From NCBI GenBank assembly GCA_973895155.1, contig OZ316893.1, forward strand, positions 14,662,645 to 14,726,644: a stretch of 64,000 bases of DNA, in the 5' to 3' direction. Below, in pieces: positions 1 through 10,861 of the stretch (its first letter is position 1; each line of letters opens with the position of its first letter). The notes beneath the pieces are model-generated. The model was given only the letters and a program-made list of their open reading frames with translations, was not told the origin of the DNA and did no database searches. This DNA is from Marsupella aquatica (taxonomy: Eukaryota > Plantae > Marchantiophyta). The translations under genes and the position numbers were made by a program.

Positions 1-3000
1 GAGTTGTTGACCTTCCTGCTCCGAAATGTGTTACCAGATGGTAATTCAATTCCAAAAAATATGTACGAGGCTAGGAAATTGATGTCTAACCTTGGGCTGA
101 ACTATGTGTCTATTGACGCATGCCCTGATGGGTGTGTTCTCTTTCGCAAAGAGCATGCAGATAAATTGACATGCCCTCATTGTGGTAAGCACAGGTACAA
201 GAATGTAGGGAAATGTACACACCCTGCCAAGGTTCTTCGTCATTTTCCTCTCATTCCTAGACTACAACGTCTGTTTAGATGCCCTGCCATTTCCAAGCTG
301 ATGACATGGACTCCTGATAACAAGAGCAGTGATGGCCTGCAGCGTCACATTGGAGATTCCAACCATTGGAAATTTGTTGATGAGAGGTGGCCACAGTTTG
401 CTACAGAGAAGCGGAACTTTCGATTTGGTCTATCACTGGATGGAGTAAACCCATTTGGAGACAAAAACAACCGTTATTCATGTTGGCCGGTTACGCTGCT
501 AAATTACAACCTTCCCCCATGGATGACTACAAAGAGGTTTTTTGTCATGATGGTGCTGTTAATCCCTGGACCAGCTTCTGTGACCGAGCAATTCATAGAT
601 ATCATGTTGGCTCCAGCAGTGGAAGAGTGGAAGACTTTGTGGATAGAAGGGGTGTTAACCCATGATGTTCTGAAGGGGCTTCTTCGACCCAGCCCCTTTA
701 GACTGCATGCAATTTGTTTGCTGGATATAGCAGATTACCCAGGCCATGGCATCATATCTGGACGAGTGACAAAGGGCTATGTGGGGTGCACACCATGTGG
801 GAAAAATGTGACAAGTGAGTGGTCGCATGCCCTGCACAGTATGAAATTTCAGGGGCATAGAAGGTATCTGCCTGTTGATCATCCTTACAGGCACACACGG
901 TCTCAAATTGCACACTTCAACAACAAAACAGAGCTTCGTGGCCCACCACAGAGGGTCACCAGAGAGCAAGTCCTGAGGTGGGCAGCCAGGAAGGCTGATT
1001 GGGACAAGAGAAGTGCCACTGATCGAGAACCTGAGGATCCAGTGGTGAAACATGGTGTGAAAAGACAGACCTTGATGGACTTGGAGTTGGAGTACTGGAG
1101 GGTAATGTACTTAGCCTCCAGCCCCTGTATGATTGCAATTTTAGATTGGAGCAATGGTGGATTGATGTTGGTTACAATCCTCCTATGTGGTTAATTAGTG
1201 TTTCTGTTGTTGAATTCTTTGCTTTGTGGAGTGCAGGAATTCGAGCCCAGCAAACACAATGTGGACGTCATGCACATTGAGAAAAATATTTGTGAGAGCT
1301 TGCTGAAGTTCTTGTCGGGTGAGAAAGATACAGGAGCAGTTCGAGCTGATATGCAATAGAAGGGGATTCGCCCTCACCTTTGGTTGAAGCCCCATGCAAG
1401 CAATCCCAATGTACTTCTCAAGTTCCAAGCTCCCTATGTGTGCACACAGGATGAATGGAAGACATTCTTGTATAGATTGAGCTGTCTGAAAGTGCCCTCT
1501 GGCTATGCTGGTGCCTTCAAGAAGCATATTACAAAGAATAAACGTGGCAGTATGAAAACACATGACTACCATGTGTTGATGCAGCACATTCTGCCCCTAT
1601 GCCTCAGAGGTCTCATGCAGAAACCAGTCCGTAATGTCATTCTTCGACTGTGCAATGTATTTCGCCGTATATGTGTGAAAGTGTGGGATCCCCAAGGATT
1701 GGAGCAGTTGAAGCAGGATGCTGCTTATGTCCTCTGTGACTTGGAGATATACTTCCCCCCTGCTTTCTTTGATGTTATGACTCATCTCCTAATCCATGTG
1801 GTAGAAGAGCTAGGGCAGTATGGGCCAGTCAGTACCAGATGGATGTACCCTATGGAGCGATACATGAAGTTGTTGAAAGGTCATGTGAGAACATACTACA
1901 GGCCAGAGGCTTCCATGGCATTGGGGTACATTAAGGATGAGATGTTGGGATTCCTAACAGAGTACATGGCTGGGTCTGGTGAAGCTATGACAAGAGTTTG
2001 GAAATCTGGTGAAGATGATGGAGTGAGTGGCGAGGTTGTTGAAGGTGTGGGACGTGCTGTTCAGCTGCCTGTTGCGATTCGAGACAAGGCTCATTCATAT
2101 GTGCTGGCAAACACAGAGCCTATGCAACCATGGTGGAGGTGAGTGATTGAATTGACTTGCCTTTGTTGTGATGCTTCTTGTCTGTTCCAAGGGTGATCTT
2201 AGATTGTCATGTGTTGTTTAGACTAACTATGCCTGTACCTCATATTGCAGGGAATATGATATGCAAAAAGCTGCACACTCTGGGCAGCAGGATCCCTTCC
2301 CACAGTTCGAGCAGTGGATTCGGGTGACAATTCGAGAGCATAGTAGACATCACCCAGATATGGAGAAGGATTTGTATCTTCTATCTGTGCCACCACGATT
2401 GTCTATTCTGACCTACAAACGGATGAGAGCTTATGGAAATCATTATCGAGTGAGGGATGAGCAGGGTGACCATTGTGTATCATATGATTGTGGTTTGATT
2501 TCTGTGTTTGAGCAGAGAACCTCTAAAGAACAGAGGGGGTGGATGAAGATGGGTTACGTGGGGGAGTTGACCGACATTTGGGTGTTGAATTATGGTAACA
2601 CAAGTGTCCCAGTGATATTGATGAAGGGATCATGGGTGAAATCAGAGTGGCAGAGACCAAGGGCCACCATGAAGCGTGATCATGATGGGTTCTTGTTGGC
2701 CAATTTTAGGTCCAGAGTACCAGAATGGTCTGAGCCTTTTGTTTTCCCTAGCCAAGTTGAACAGGCTTTCTTTGCAGATGTGGAGGAGTCACATGGCTGG
2801 AGGGTGGTATGCCATAGCCAAGCACGGAACAGGCGGATGGATGGAAGTAAAGTAGAGTTCAGTTTGGATGACCATGCTGCATTCGAGCATCCTAGTCATG
2901 AGACTGTACTTCCAACTCGGGCAGGGACTGACTACATCCCCTTAACATTGAGAGAGACATATGATGAACCTGGGCAAATGGAATATGATGAGGTTGATGA

Positions 3001-3010
3001 TTTGCAATAG
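1..3010 (+). pseudogene. CACTA TnpD transposase (Transposase_21 + DUF4218 + DUF4216), 5'-partial, with premature stop
   Basis: Motifs DACPDGCVLF, LRHFPLIPRLQRLF, LSLDGVNPF, YNLPPW, DYP, DVMHIEKN, MKTHDYH, RWMYPMERY, EPFVFPSQVEQ. Exons <1-1101, 1237-2138, 2251-3010 with GT-AG introns; in-frame TAG at 1357-1359 (probably CAG>TAG). Confidence 0.92.
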
Positions 3011-3187
3011 GCAACAGCTGGCGATTGGCAAGTATGAGGTTGAGGATGACTACCTGCACAGAGTCACAGAACGGGAATTGTTGCCTGGAATGATGTTTAG
3101 GATAGTTGGATATGCATGAAATTGATTGATACTTTGAATTTAGTGTGCTGATTCTCCCTGTTTGGTTGTGGGTGCTGTGCAGAAGCT

Positions 3188-6100
3188 ATGGGGGAAGAGG
3201 GTGATGACATGGAGACAGACATGGGGCTTGGAGAGTGGGGTGAAGAGGAAAGATTGGATATGGATGGAGACCCAGATGCAGGGGGCTCACAGAAAAATGC
3301 ACCTATGCAAGATGCACAGGGCCCTCATCAAGTCCCAGGTAGGTGGGCAGCTAGAGAGAAATCACATAATCCATACCTTAGAAGGAGCCAGAGTTATTGG
3401 CAAGGGACGCCTGATAATTATGATGATGACTATGATGGAGTAGAAGATGGATGGGATGAATATGAACACCCAGAGCGTGGTAGAGACGGGTACAGAGGGC
3501 AATGGAAAGGTGAGGAGGATGATTGGACAAGTAAGTGCCTTGTGCTAGTGATTTTGTGATGGTAGTAGAGATTTAGCTCAATATGCACTTATCTGATGTG
3601 TAGCTAGGGCAAAGAGTTTATCTTACAGGTCCATGAGTGTGGCATGTACCTGTTGGTATGCAGACTCTGATTGGGACAATCACGAAAACAACAAAGGCCA
3701 TCCACGTTCAGATAGGAGGCAATCATTCACAGGCGGGAGAAACGCCCCTAATTCATCAAGACAAAGCAATAGGACAGGTGGTCCAGAACCATCTATGCGC
3801 CAAGGGAGAGGTAACTTGGTCATTGCAGAATTGCTCTGAAGTCCACTGTATATTTGGCAGCGGGATTTATGATTCATACTTACCTAATGTAAGTGACTGT
3901 AAATGGATCCTGTAAATGTGCAGGGACTCCAGGGAGGTTTGGACAATGCAATCCAGGCCGTGGGGGGAGATCAGGCCGTGGAGGGACCCCAGGCCGTGGG
4001 GGGACACCAGGCCGTGGAGGGACACCTAGTAGCGCTTCAGGGAGTACCAAGGCAGGAGACAGTAACAAATTTGGTAAAGTAGAAGTGAATTCCGAAGGTT
4101 GGATAACTCCCACATGTGATGGTAAGAACCGTTGGCATTCTGACCTAAGAGGAGAAGTATTGCGTTGGTTAGATTTGAGCATTACAGAGTTTAGGAGTCA
4201 GAACAAAGCTGATTGGGCTGCTATCTGCAAGGACATTCTTGAACGGTGGGAGTATGTTGGTAATGATGGTAAGGGCCCAGTTGAAGATTGCATATCAGAT
4301 TATGCAATGAGGATTTTGAAACAAGAGAGGCATAGGTTGAAAAGGATATGGATAGACAATGGTTCTAACAGGAGAATGCCACCACCCCCATCATTGGAAC
4401 TGGATCAATGGACACGGTTAATCAAAGGGTTCATGTCGGAGGCTGGACAGAGCAAGAGTGAACTGATGTCAAATGCTCGAGGCAAAGTGAAACACCTTTC
4501 ACAGGCTGGGAGAGGAAGTTATGCTCCAGTGAAAGAACAATTGGTAAGGCAGTGACATGCCTGATAGTAAGCCTCAAACTTATCATCTTGCTACCATTAT
4601 TACATTTTCATTGACAATCAACACTTGGTTTCATTCATATGTATGTTGATGTGGACTGCAGAAGAAATTGACAGGTGAAGAACCATCAGCACAAGAAGTG
4701 AGAGAGGAGTTCATGAAACAAAGGAGTGAGGTGACAAGTGTAACTTCCAAACAGGTGATTATGTTGTAATTCTGTATGTTCTGTGACTATTTGGCCTTGA
4801 GCATCAGAAAGAAATGTAGTAGGAAGTAAGCAACCAGTTCTTGGGGACAGTTATCTGAGATATGTAAGCTGTGTTATGACAGGGAACTGTTACAACTCTC
4901 ACAGAGATGTGTGAACGGTTGAAGTCATTAGAGTGTGGACTCCCTCAAGTGGAAAGTAAATTGGCTGATCGTTTGGATATTGTGGAGGCATCTGTAGCGA
5001 ACCTTCTTGCATCAGTGGAATCTAATTTCAAGCTTGTGATTGAAAAATTGGGTGGTTCCCAACCAAACAATGAGGGCAACATTGTACAAAGTGTGCCCTT
5101 GTTAACAAAAAAGGGAATTGGCAAATCTGACACAGGTATGGAAATGACACCGGCCCATTGTTCATTGTGTCCTATGTTCAAATGTTAGAAGTAAGTTTTC
5201 ATGAATTGAGTGAATGGTTTGAATGCAGGAAGAGTGGAGGCAGAGAAGGACCCTGTAATCAGTAAGCAGAAGGCAAGAAGGTTGCTGAGACAGGTAACCT
5301 GCTATGATCCAGTACATTACATTTGAAAAGTGCATGGAGTTTTGTGAAGCTTAAGCCGGTTGGAGGTAATCTTTTCTGTAAGAACTGGTTGGATGAACTG
5401 GGATCTGAAGTGACATCATGATTGATGTATCAGGTGATTCAAAGAGCAATAATGAAGAAGATGTGCCCAGTGCCTCAGTGACCATAGCCAAGGAGGTATC
5501 AGGTAAGCTGATGCTTTAAATTCCTCTATATGAATGTTGAGCAATAATTCAGTGGTTAATAGATTCAACGTGAATATTGTGGTGTGTTTATTGATCAACA
5601 GAAGCAGACATGGAGCATATGGCAATGGCAAAGAAGGGGAAGAAGGCTGTTCATAATGGTAAGGAGATAGTGACAACTTTGTGGTTGGTGACATGTACAT
5701 TTAGCACATGTGATGAGTGATTCACTTATGTTGGACATGACACTGAATTGTAGTTGATGCAGAGTTGACAGACTCTCAACCAAGTGGGAGCAGGGTGAAG
5801 CGACGTCGAAACTTGGGTGCAACATTGGATGCAAGTAAGATTGTAGATGCTTCAATTGAAGCAAGTACAATGTTGGCAGATACTGAGATGATGTCGCAGG
5901 GAAATCCTGCTACACAATCAGAAGTGTCAAATATGGATGCAGATTCTTTGAAGAAGAGTGTAGCCAATTCTCGATCACCAGCACAAAACACTCGTGCCAA
6001 AGTCATGACTCGCAACCAAGGTATGAATAATGTCATGTATAAGCCACCCAGGAAAGCCAAGAAAAATAGCCAGGGTAAGGTGGAGGTGATAGCCACAGCA

Positions 6101-6358
6101 GAGCCAGTCCATAATCTTCTATCATGGGAGGATGACTCGCAGGTATGTGTGGGTACAGGCATTTTGCGACCGGATCATGCAAAATTCCATGGCAAAGTGG
6201 TCCCGGATGACCATGTAGTAGTGTTGTTGACTACAGTGATTGTATCTGATTGTAATTTGCCATTTCCGAATAGAGACGATGATCCACCTCAGGAAATAAT
6301 TGCAGATGCAGTAGGATCTCTTGTGCTCTGGCCATCAGAGTGTGTTAGTCTGCAGTGA
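3188..6358 (+). CDS. Multi-exon TnpA-like accessory gene of CACTA-1 (exon structure approximate, intactness uncertain)
   Basis: Acidic N-terminus, GRGGTP repeats, core exon ~3924-4543 (PPPPSLELDQWTRLI...SELMSNARGKVKHLSQAGRGSY, Transposase_24-like), and C-terminal exon with the En/Spm Tnp1-type signature VGTG...KFHGKVVPDDHVVV...LPFP...DAVGSLVLWP; several short GT-AG-bounded exons between them. Confidence 0.72.
3925..4028 (+). repeat. 18-bp coding tandem repeat (CCAGGCCGTGGRGGGACA-like) encoding GRGGTP
   Basis: About 4-5 imperfect copies visible; translation PGRGGRSGRGGTPGRGGTPGRGGTP. Confidence 0.85.
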
Positions 6359-6859
6359 CTGAATGCAAGTGTAGATAGAATCATGTGAATTGTGTCACAT
6401 TTTGACATTGCCTTGGAAAGATCCAAGAAATATCTGTACCAATTTTTCCATTTGGTAAAGAGGATGAAGGAGCCGTTGTGTGTGACATTGATATTTCTGA
6501 ATTTTGTATGTATGAAACAATTGATTGATGTCAAACTATGGCTCTATGGTGATTGTCTATGATACTTGAATCTGTTTTGTATCATTTCAGTATTAGTGTG
6601 TATGGTATAGAGGAATACTTTGTGACCTTCTTTGTAGTCTATGAAGTTTGAATCTGTGAATTCATATTAGTGTACATGGTATAGAAGATGGCTTTCTGAA
6701 ACTATGTATTCTAATGTTAACATGATGAATGGTGAACTTATAGAGTGAGTTCATTCAAGTACACAATAAAACATGAATGCAATATGTTATTTGTGCACAA
6801 GAGTGGGTTCATTCCAAGTAGTATAGTGGGGTCTTCATCACTCATATCCAGTTGACATG

Positions 6860-7185
6860 AAAGACTTATACATACCCCACAAAGTATATTTAAAGACTAC
6901 CCTCCATAACCTTTTTAGTCGTTCCCAACGATTCACCATCTCAGCCCATAAAAGACTGAAAACGACTCACCAAAGCTACCCACACAAAGACTAAAATAGA
7001 CTGAAAATCCAGTCTATTAAACGACTTATAAACCAGTTCTATAAAGGACTCAGTTGATTATAGTAACAAAACATACGACTCGCAGTCCTATAAAGGACTG
7101 GAGTCCTTCCCAGTCGTTTCCAAGTCCTATACGGTACTGAATAGTCGTTTAATGGGGTCTAAATACCCCCCAGTTTCTACTAGTG
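6860..7185. repeat. Subterminal repeats and right TIR of CACTA-1
   Basis: Many direct and inverted AAAGACT/ACGACT/AGTCGT/TATAAAGGACT motifs followed by the terminal TTTCTACTAGTG. Confidence 0.8.
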
Positions 7186-9906
7186 CATACACATAGTTTA
7201 TGTGACTAAAAGCAGCCACTTCTGCCCCTAACTTCATCACTCTCTTGATTGAATCCAATGGATTTACAAGTTTCTTTCCATTGTGAATAAAATCTTGATC
7301 ATGGAGCCCATAAGCATGAGAGGTTGCTCCAACACTGATCATGGAGTGGGTTAGTAACCATCCTTCCCACCTAAGATTTTGTCTAGGGCCTGGAATTTCT
7401 CTCCCATTGTAGTCTTCTATCATTAATTTCCTTCTTCTTGAGTCCCCATCACTAGCATGGCCCAACAAAGGTCCAACAGCCTCCAAGCAATGGGTGGCCC
7501 ACATTGACTGCAATTGAATCCATTGCTCCCTGACATAATCAGCAGTAAATTGACCACATGTACCAGTGCCCATGGCACAGAGACGAGGAAACTTGTCACA
7601 CAAAGGATTTACCATAATGCACCTAGCTTGGTGCCCTACAACATTAGTGTCAAAGGCCTCTGTAATGTTATTGAAACCAGTTTCACCCTCACCCACTTTT
7701 ATTGCCAGGCCAACACCACAAGTATGATTGTCTTTTTTCCCACAAAACCCAATAAGTGTATCATCCTTAGGCTGCCACCTCACTGTCTTTTTCACACAGG
7801 TTTCATCCTCTGCCAGATAACAAGGAATAGGCCCACATATTCCAAGTTGACTCTTCAGGTTTGAGTAAACCTGAGCAATGAACTTGAATTGTGAAGCATG
7901 CATGCCAGCACGGAAGACAAACATGCCACGCTTGTCTCTTTGTAGAGTGTTCAAACTAGGACCCAAACCATTTGTCTGGAGACAGTCTACTACCCGTCTG
8001 CCACCATGTAGAAACAGTGCTTGGCATAGGAGCTTTGTTCCTTTCCTCCATCGGTGGCCTGCCTTGCTTCGATTCAAGTTAGAAGCAACATCTTGAAGCA
8101 TATCCCATAATGCTTGCCTACCTCCAAAAGCCCCTTTCTTGTGTGCTTGAACAATGGAATTACATAATTTCATTATGTCCTTCCTGTTAATTGCCTCCTT
8201 ACATATCTCTTTCAGAGATGGTTCTTTAGCTGTGAGCATAAGCAAACGGTGTTGAAACCTCCTTGCTAGTTTTCTCTCCTTCCTGATAATTCTATGATAT
8301 TTCTTTGCTTGCTCTTGGACCTCCTCAGTTGTAAGGTAATCTATCCGCCTACCTTGACCTGTCCCTCTTTGACCTCTTTTCTCAACTGCAGTTACCTCTC
8401 TGAACACCCGTAATCTAAAGTCTGTTAGACTAGGTATGGTGAAACAATGGTCACAAGTCAACTTTATAAACCCACCACCAAGCCTTGATATTCTGGTACA
8501 CGATTTATGTCTGAAGAGACCTTCAATGACACAAATTTCATCGATCTCCTCACACCACACTTTGGCCTTCACTAGGGGCTCTGAATATCATAGGCAGTCT
8601 TCTTTATGTTGATCTTTAGGATATTCTTGATAGGCCTGGACTGGTTGCCATATACCCACTCACTTTGCCATAGTCCCCAACACAACAAGGAGAGGTCATC
8701 GTTATTACCTTTGCCTTTATCGGACGATGATAGGCCAGAGGCACTGCTAGAGCCCTGTTGACTCTCCTTGACAGATAGAAACCCCTGAATGGTTTTTTGA
8801 TGTTTAGCCCTCTTATCAGCCTGACGTGGTCATCCTGCACAGCCTGAGAGAATAGTAATATTGCTACTCACTCTTTGGCTTTTAGAAACTACATTTAAAT
8901 GATTGACTCCCACACAGTGAGTCTGGAGATTGGCCTCCAGATTCCGTTGTTTGGGTATCATCACCACATGTTCACAGCAGAAAATGCAGAACAGTTTGAA
9001 CTTGTGCAACTCCATTGGCTCTCTATTGATATCACCAACAATTTTGAAAGTTTTCTGTCCAACAGACTGTGAATCATTCACAGATTCCACTATTTGAACA
9101 TGTTGTTCAAGAGTGGCTTTATCACTCAAGATAGATGCTGCAGCTCGACAACTTATCTCTACAGAGTCCAATCTTTGACCTCTGTTTTTGGCAACATTCC
9201 TGGTATGCGTGGGTGTGATCAAATGCTTATTCTTGAAGTTGGTGAAAGCATTAGTAATGCTGGCTCTGTCCATGCTACCTAACTTTGAGGCACCTTCCAC
9301 ACGAACATCACATTCACAACATTCTATCTTCCCACATGCCACATTCTCAATGTCCCATGTGTTCACCTTCCATTGATGATCCTCACATTGAATGAATTTC
9401 ATGTGATCCCTCAATTTCTCCACTTGTGTTTGCGAGACCTTGGGAAGATCTTTTGTTATACATAAAGACTTGAAACTTGCTTGAGGATCAGTCTCTACCT
9501 CTGGGGTTTCAATGTCCACAATAGGTGGACTTTCTATAATTGGCTGGTCTAGTGGTGGACCTGCCATGACAAGGTCATCCACCGACAAGCTAAAAGTGGG
9601 AGAGAGACCATTGGAAGCTTTGCTGTCTAAGAGAGGTTGATCTTCACCTCCATCCTCAAATTCATATTTGGGAATAACAATGATTTTCTTCCTACATTCA
9701 TCTATGATATGGGCTTTTTCCCATTCCACCTCCATTTGACTATTGAGATTCATATCGTAAAATTGAAACTCAAATTTAAAGAGACACAGAGTCTCTAGCT
9801 TCAATCTGGCATCGGCAAATGTGTCATCAATCTTGTAACTAATGGATCCTACAGGTTTAGGATCCACAGACACATTGTCCAATCGAAAAACAGTTGCTGA
9901 GGGCAT
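7186..9906 (-). pseudogene. Zinc-finger + P-element/THAP9-like DDE transposase gene, decayed and truncated by the CACTA-1 insertion
   Basis: ORFs 8830-9906 and 7186-8572 join through TGA 8830-8832 (likely CGA), a frameshift near 8615 and a TGA near 8588. Motifs YLAEDETCVKKTVRWQPKDDTLIGFCG, GHASDGDSRRRKLM and QDFIHNGKKLVN resemble the P-superfamily DE..IK....Y....D...GF, SD(G) and D..H..K..RN blocks; N-terminal CxxC...H...H fingers. Confidence 0.7.
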
Positions 9907-9979
9907 TTAGTCAAGTCTGCAAAAATTTCACAAAAAAAACAATCAACATCATCCTGAAATTCACTACAACATATTTTGC

Positions 9980-10460
9980 CCTTTTGCGAAGCTCATTTGA
10001 GTCCGGACACACGTTTGCGATTCTAGATGCTTCAAACCGTTGATGACTCAATACGCATCGCAATTTGCGATACTTGTGGTATCGCAACTTTGGTCTTCCA
10101 TGCGATTTGCATCGCAAACATTTTGCGAACTTTATTGTATCACAATAGTTTGCAAAACTACAGAGATTACAAAACACATTACGAAGGCTCCGTGACCGCT
10201 CCGAAAGTCCGAAACCATAGTAACATTAATGATGCGAAACAATTAGTATTGGAGGATGTTTGCGAAAAGGTTAGCTTCAAACAATTTGCGATGGGTTTGT
10301 ATGGCAAATGTGCGAAACGATGTGGATGGTAAAGGTGGGATGGTCTGGATATCGCAAAATAGTGAAGCGTATAGTATGGAATAATTGAGAAACGGTTTAA
10401 ATGGCAGAATTGCGATTTGGTTGGGATTTGTTTAGTTTCGCAAACAGTTTGCAAACGTTT
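9980..10460. repeat. TTGCGA/TCGCAA motif cluster A (upstream of P-like gene)
   Basis: About a dozen copies in both orientations, e.g. TTTTGCGAAG, TCGCAATTTGCGATA, TCGCAAACATTTTGCGAAC, TTCGCAAA. Confidence 0.8.
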
Positions 10461-10861
10461 ATGTTAGACTTGTGTGTGCATCTAGGTTAGAGTTTGAATG
10501 GGGGAGGAGGAGGGAGGGAGGTGAAAGGTGAAAGAGGGAGGAAGGGAGTTGGAAGGTGGATGAGGGACGGAGGAAGAAGGGAGTCCAAAGAGGGTTTACT
10601 AAAAATAGGAGAGACTTTAGCGAAGAGGGAGGGAGGAGAAAAAGCTATGGAGTTTTTGGAAGAGGAAGGAGAGTTTGGGTTCAAAGAGGGAGGAGGGATA
10701 AGGGAGGGAGTACCCATGTCACTTATATGCATGACCTCTTTTGAAAGTAGGAGTCCAAAATGAAAATACCTACCACACTAATGGTGTATAAAATATTAAT
10801 TAAGAAACAACATGAACAATCCATGATATAGATTTTTGGTTTAAATATCCATAAGTGTCTC

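Larger units (their letters stand above)
1..7185 (+). mobile_element. CACTA/EnSpm DNA transposon 1 (right part; left end outside window)
   Basis: Ends in TTTCTACTAGTG (7174-7185, reverse complement CACTAGTAGAAA), preceded by subterminal GACT/AGTC-rich repeats; encodes TnpD- and TnpA-like genes; interrupts a minus-strand ORF exactly at 7185/7186 (predicted 3-bp TSD CAT, 7186-7188). Confidence 0.93.

Noticed and set aside
8616-8840. 74-aa ORF as a separate gene or bridge
   Set aside because: Wrong frame; the real continuation is read-through of TGA 8830 (ADKRAKHQKTIQGFL...CWGLW).
10487-10763. Pro-rich and Gly/Glu-rich ORFs on both strands
   Set aside because: Artefacts of a purine/pyrimidine-biased non-coding tract.
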